DNA from: Podarcis filfolensis
Lineage: Eukaryota
Reading direction: 5' to 3' (one strand)
NCBI GenBank assembly: GCA_964270895.1
Contig: OZ185442.1
Length of the DNA: 64,000 bases
A program made the translations under genes and the position numbers. Shown here piece after piece: positions 53,209 to 64,000 of this stretch. Under the pieces are notes generated by a model. The model searched no databases. It was not told the origin of the DNA and worked only from the letters and a program-made list of their open reading frames with translations. Numbering within the stretch: the stretch's first letter is position 1; each line of letters starts with the position of its first letter.

Positions 53209-53332
53209 GTTTCCATAGCTGCCAGCTCAGCAGGGGAGGTGGAAATATCCTTGTCAGGCCAGGAAGCTGAGCCACATCCAGAGCAAGAGGGAGGGAGGAA
53301 GAGAGTGAGTCACTTTTGGCTTGCCATGGACA
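53209..53332. promoter_or_regulatory. Two RFX X-box-like motifs upstream of DCDC2B
   Basis: GTTTCCATAGCTGC (53209-53222) and CTTGCCATGGACAC (53319-53332; reverse complement GTGTCCATGGCAAG), 180-300 nt upstream of the ATG. Confidence 0.45.
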
Positions 53333-56300
53333 CCGATCCTCCCTTGAACAACATTCACAGTCCAGGTTCCTTCCTTTGACTTCAGAACCTATCCAGTTCT
53401 CAGGCCCGCAACATGGGCTTGTGCAGAGTTCCTCCCACCTAGGATTATAAACGAGTCTTCCAAGCCCTTCTCACTTATGTTGAGAACTTATGCCACTGGT
53501 GGACACAGCTTGGGAACATATATTTTCACACTATAGGCAATACATTTATTTTGCAAAGGAATTTGCAATCCTTCCTGTGCTTGCCTACCTAACAACTCGG
53601 CAAGGTAGTCCATTGTTAATTCCAATTTACAGATGGGAAAAAAGAGGTTGAATATGTTGCCTACCCACTGAAGCCACAGGACTTGCCCCTGGGTTGCTTA
53701 TTTGTCAAAGCAAGCTCTGTAGACCCTGGCAGGACTAAGTACTACAGTCCCAAACAGCCGTGTGATGCAGAGCAGATTGTCTCTTGAAGAATATTCTGTG
53801 AATATTCACAGAACCTGGTGCTCCATAACCATCTCCCTGCATCGGGCATTGCTGTCCAGCCAGGTAGGAAATGTGGCTGCTACCTCTGATGATCATGAAT
53901 GGTTTGTATTCTGCAATTCAGTACAAGAACAGAAAAAAATGCAGATAGTGATACAAGGGGCAGAATCCAGATTCTCCAGAATCTTAACTTTTCTCAGGGG
54001 GAAAAGCATAGCCATAAACCTTGCAAAGGATGTGGGTAAATCTGACCACAGCAGGCCCACTTGTGCACAGCATCTTGCTTGTACCCACAGAAAGTAGCAT
54101 TGGGGCAGAAGTGATGGTTTGGTACTAGGCAGAGGACACTCCTCTGGAGTACTGGGTGCATAAGTCTGAGATAATCCAAGCTTTTTGTGGGATTGCTGGG
54201 AGCCTACTTTGTTTCATACACTACGTACCTCAGCCTTTCCCAATATTATTGCCTTTCTATCTGTTTATTTTCTTCCCCTGCCTTCTAAATTGGTGGGGGT
54301 AGGGCAATCATGATTAGGAATCTGGAGGGGGGGTCAGGTATTTTGACTATCCTAATTAAACCCTACCGCCCACTTGGCTACAGGATGTGATTTGGACTCC
54401 AGAAGTCTGGAAACCGAGTTGTGATACCATTTGCAGCATAAAGCACATCAGCAGCGACTGGGTGCTGCTAAATTGCAGTGTTGCCAAGTTAGATGTCAAA
54501 ACCAAAGACACAAAATAAACTTACCTACCAAATATACACACAAAACTTTTGTCCTATAGAAAGTTTAATAACTATTTATGAGCTGGTTTTACAAAAATTG
54601 GACTCCACCCCCTTCCACGATGAACGTTTCATGTGTTAACAAGCACAACAACATTAAAAAAAATAAAAACCACATTCATTTGTTCAGTAGACTACAATTT
54701 TCACAAAGGTTTAGAAGAGCTTGGGAGGGAAAGAGAACACAAGGAAGCGGGCTAGTAATACAAATTAAAGTTTGATTTTAAGTGCAGCTTTTGGAGGATA
54801 CACACTACCAAGTCTTTGCCAAATCCGTGCCCTTCAGATGCTTTTGGATACAACTCCAGACGTAGCCAAAAACAACTAGAGGGCATCATGTTGGTGAAGG
54901 CTGCACTAACCCCTGCCTTCAGCAGTCCTATGAACTAACAAAGAATTCTTCTATGGGACTTCAACTTACTAAGCACTCAATCCATATCCTTACACCATCA
55001 GACAGTTACCAAACAAACACTAACTGGGCCACGCGAGAGCCTCTCCAAGCCTCAAGGGACGGGCAGTGCACTACAGGTCCAGCTATCCAAATGGCTCTGG
55101 CAGTGACTCCGTGTTCAAGGCTAAGGGTGATCAGGAGAAGGAGGCAGTTGGGAGCACTTGCAGCAGCACCAGAACTGGGGAAAGTGGAACTGAGGGTCAG
55201 AAAAATCCCAAGAAATATGGTCCTCGAGATTCCTGCCCCTGATACTCCTCAGCTCTAATTTCTCCTGCAGGAAGGCAGAGGTGGCTCCCATATGCATTAA
55301 TCCGCATGGAGAATCTGGATGTTGATCTGGAGTTAGCTAGGCCTGCGGAGCCATCAGCTGCAGCAAACGCCAGCAGGCAGTAGAGCAGCTGTCATGGGCT
55401 AAAGCGGACGACAAGATCAATTCTGCCACATTGCGCAGGCCGCTTGGAACTTTCTGCTGACCCTCAGGGACCATCATGAGGTGCCCAGGCAACCTGATGA
55501 GGTCGTCACAGGAAACATCCCATCAGCATAAATAAGATACTAAAAAGCGCATTGAGAACAACAGCCACAGTGCCTCAGCAAATGTGGAATCAATAACATG
55601 ATTGACAACGGAGTGTCAAAGTGACCTGAGCAAAGGGGTGCTGGAAAAGGAAGGGGCTCACAGATTACGGGCACCCAGAATCTACATCTTATATGGGCTT
55701 GCCAAGCAAGTAATGAAACTGATAGAAAAGGTAGAAAACACAATCTTTCTGGTATATAAAAGGTGTTCAGAGAATCTCTCTCTTTCTACCTGCCTGCTTG
55801 GGGTCTAACTCTTTTTTTACATCCTCTCACCCAGCTAAAGGCCACAGGATCCTAGCCCACAGCTATTGATGGTTAAGTATTTTATTCCAAAATGCTACAT
55901 GTGCCATCAAACTTAGAAATTCATTTTCACAACTAGATGGCTCCAAGTCAGGAGGCTAAATTTTCTGGAAACCTAGGTTTGCTCGGCACAACAAAGCCAC
56001 TTAAAAGAAAAAGAAAAAACAAGCTTTCTGCAGTCAAGAAAACAATGCACTAAAAAGTGTGAGATAAACGACTGATTAAAAGGAAGGCATAACACCATCA
56101 CACAAGCAATTCAATCACAATGAATGTCCATTGTCGTATAACGTCCCTGAAAACAAATCAGAATGTTTGCTCAATAAAAACCAGACACCGTATCACCTCC
56201 ACATAAACATTGTGTAGACAAATCAGGATGAATGCTCAGTGTAGAGGCCATCTGGAGATGATATCCATATTAAGTTCTAATGGTACTATACTGCAATATT

Positions 56301-58194
56301 ACATTTCTTCAAATGCCACATCTATATGAAGAGAATAATATACCTTGAATGAAGCAAATGAATAATATACCTTCATTTCATGTATAATCTTGAGTCTTTT
56401 ATCACTGGTTATGCATTACTGTCTCACTAGGTTCTGATCGAGCAAATGTGAACCCTAATTAGATTCCCCAAGTTGTTAACACTGGGAAAATTTTGCATCT
56501 CCGTTTTGTTGCCTTGGAACAACCGCCAGAGCCCTGCATGTGATGTAGGGGTAACCTAGCATAGTCTTGGATTAGGCCTGTCTGGGGATTCCTAGGGCTG
56601 CGTTGTGGTTGAGAAATGAGGGACAAGCCCCAGGGAAGAGAAAGGAGGTAGCCCAGGAATAGTATTTCTACATCTATAGCAAACCAGCTGTTTGTGTGCA
56701 GTTGCAAGGGGCAGCTACTTCCTGAATAGAGAGAGTGCAGAAGTTCACCTGGCAGCATGTGAAGGGCTGTGGAGGCAGGAAACTTCCCCTCCTCAAGTGA
56801 CAGTGGTTCCCTGAACTGTTCCACAACCTGTCCTTCAAATCTGGTATCGGGGAACTGGGTCCTCCTTTTCATGGCAGAAATGAAACATGCAGACCAAGGA
56901 TTGGATGATCCCAATGATGAGGATAATAAAAATAGTAACACTTAACATCTGTATAGCACCTTCACATGTACTCTCTCTAGCTGTAAAGCTTAGCAACAGC
57001 TCTGTAAGATATTATCATACCCCATATTGCAGAGGGGGGTACTGAAGCTGAGAGAAAGTGACTAAGGACAACTAGTCAGTTTGTGGCAGAGGCAAGATTC
57101 AAACTGGACACTTCTTGATTCATAGTCAGTCTCTTAAGCCACTACACTACACCCGCTCTCTACAAATAGGCCTGGGGGATAAATTTGGGTCTGGCTTGCA
57201 TTTTAATGCAGAACTCCATAAGTTGTGCTTATTAAACAATGTGTAAATAAAAATACAGCTATTCTTCAAAATTCACACTCCTCTGAAGTCTAACACAGTT
57301 CTCCAACCAAATAATGTTTTTAAAATGTGTATGTTAGGGGAAAGTGTGCATAAAATGCATACATTAAGGAAAATAACATACAAAAAAAATGCATTCGGGG
57401 AAATTGCTTGCAGAAATGTGGTTAAAGAAAACTCTGTATAATTAGGAGGAATTCAACTGAAATTCTGATAAATTTGACCTTCCCTAGTCATAAGACCACT
57501 TTCCTCCTCCAGGGGCAGTTTCCTGTTAAACAGTTGGCATTTTAAAAAATGTTGATGGGGCACCAAACAAACAGTCATGAAATTGAGCATTCATGCTATG
57601 CTGAAAAAAAATATTAAAACTGGAGGCAGACAACTCTTGGCAGAAGCAGCAAGACTGATGGAATACATCACCATTCAATTTGCTGGCCTTGTGCCTGTCA
57701 AACTGTGTGTGTACACACATGGCATGTGTGCAAACTGGTCTGGAGCTGTAGGAGGGGAAAAACAGCAGATCCTGGTTCTAAGGACTGTCTGCAGGCAGCC
57801 AAGCCCTAGAACCTGCATCACTCTGTGTTGGCACAGGACATTTTGCCAGTCAAAGCCAAGCATCCCTTGCCACATCCCCCAGGGCCCTGCAGTGGAGCTC
57901 TCTGTTTGCCCTCTGTCGGTCGTGGGGCGCAGGAGTCTCCGCCGGAGGCTGGCTTCCATGCTGCATCTGCAGTGTGTCCCCAGTGCAGTGAGGCCCAGGA
58001 GTCGCATCCTTTTCCACCAGGCTCCATCTAACTTATCCTTTCCGTGTACAGTCCAGAAGTAGTTCTGCGCGAGGGTCTTCTTTGCTCGGCTCCGCAACTG
58101 CTTCTTTGCTTCCCTTGTTTTTCTTTTTGAGGCTTCTTAATGAAAACAGTCAAGAGAAAAACCAGGCAGCCTCCTCCTCCTCCTCCTCCTTGTT

Positions 58195-62636
<4,442 letters not shown>

Positions 62637-62867
62637 CCCGGAAGCACCAGGTCTCTCTTAATCACACACCGGAAACCGCTCAGGGGAACCGAGAATGAAG
62701 CTAAAGATAAGCTAGAAAGAGATAGCAACAGCATATTGGTGGCTTTCAGTCATGAACGTAACTAGATGGATCCTCCAGTGCTCCAAGGCAGTCTACTTCT
62801 GAACATCAGGTGCTGGGACAAACAACACGGCAGTGGCCAGTCCCAACATGCTCTGCAGGGGAGCTTC

Positions 62868-63066
62868 CATAGAAACACAGGAAGCTGCCTTATACCAAGT
62901 CAATTCCTTGGTCCATCCAGCTCAGTAGTGCCTGCACTTACTGGCAGCAGCTCTCCAGGGTTTCCGGCAGGGGCCTCTCCCAGCCCTACCTGGGGATGCG
63001 ATAGGGCATTGAACCTGGGACTTTCGGCAGGCAAAGCTGATTCTCTGCCACTGAGCTATGGCTCTT
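62868..63066 (-). mobile_element. Squamate tRNA-derived SINE (Squam3-like)
   Basis: The reverse strand reads catagctcagtggcagag...ccaggttcaatgccc...gtagggctgggagagg...ctgagctggatggacc...ataaggcagcttcct. Related + copies are at about 45760-45906 and 47005-47165. Confidence 0.75.
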
Positions 63067-64000
63067 GCGCCTTCCAAAGGAATCTGGCTGGCCTTCAGTG
63101 AAAATAAAAGGCTGGAAAAGATATTCTTTATTATTATTTTAAAGAACCATTTCTTCATCAGAAAATTGTAGGGTGTACAAAAGTTTTAATAAAACTCCTC
63201 ACACAGCTTGCAAATATTTTTTATAACCCCAACAGTAAACAAGACGATAAGAGACATATAAATATGTCTTCCTATATACATAGATATGTAAGCCTGTCAT
63301 TGCACAGCACCCATTGAAGGATTCATCACAATCCTGGATTTGCAGGAAGTTGTGGTGGGGTAGGGGAGGAAAAGAGAAGGCAGGCTGTACAACAACAGTG
63401 GCAACAGCAAGGGAGTGAGAAGGGAGGCACACTGAGAGGGGAAGCAGTTTTGTCAGGTGTTGCAAGGCCAGGGAGCGTTCTGAAGACAGCAGCCCATTCT
63501 GTAACCAGGACAAGAAATAGACTTCCAGCACTTCCAGACTTCCTCTTCCTCACTTCCCATCTCCAACCCTTTGAATCAGAGGTGGGGAACTGGATCTAGC
63601 AAACAACAGCAAAGGTTTGAATAAAGAACCTTCCATACAATGAAATCACTGAGAGCTCCTCATCCTCTCTCTCACACAAAAGAGTCAGGTGAGGAATAGA
63701 AGGAGAAGTTTGAGTATAGAGAGAAGGGAGAAACACAGTAGGGAAATAGTAGTTTTAAACAGCAGCACAGGTCTGAATAAAGCAGGGGTGGAATGAAGCA
63801 GAGCAGGGGATGGTTATTTTAAATAGTGGCAGAGGTTTGAATAGAGTGAGTCAAGGTGACATTAAGAGGGGTGAAGCAGCAGATTAGAAAAAGGTTTGAA
63901 TACAGCAAGGAGGTGGGAAGGCTCTGTTGTGTTAGCTGCTACGATGCACCCACTTCTGCTACTTCTCCTTATTAAAACAGCTTCATTTTTTAAAATAACA

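Noticed and set aside
55020-55530. Coding-looking stretch with an acceptor at 55270 and CTGATGAG...GAAAC at about 55495-55515
   Set aside because: There are stops in all frames and no recognisable protein. The hammerhead-like words lack a helix II closing pair. A BLASTX/Dfam search would be needed to say more.
58000-58140. CpG-containing, Lys/Glu-rich frame just past the CCDC28B stop (possible alternative last exon)
   Set aside because: The acceptor is weak and I recognise no homology. It is most simply 3'UTR.

Overview
Vertebrate genomic window from a squamate reptile, most likely a lacertid lizard, judged from Sauria-type SINEs, CR1 tails and lizard hAT/Tc1 MITEs. Exon models were built by hand from splice sites and recalled vertebrate protein sequences; no searches were run. 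On the + strand: the last 9 coding exons of STK40 (1126-9068, long 3'UTR to about 11990) and EVA1B (26304-27816). On the - strand: IQCC (32307-34746), DCDC2B (about 40504-53031) and CCDC28B (58195-62636, whose last intron is U12-type). The most unusual item is an intact 648-aa hAT transposase ORF (36856-38802, +). It keeps its BED-like finger and D/D/E residues and a right terminal inverted repeat (TIR), has no recognisable left TIR, and appears wired by spliced non-coding leader exons to the CpG-island promoter it shares head-to-head with IQCC, so it is a candidate domesticated transposase gene. Other points of interest are a Penelope-like inverted repeat with two degenerate hammerhead-ribozyme motifs (39731-40147), a gene order that differs from human, and three miR-31 seed sites in the STK40 3'UTR.
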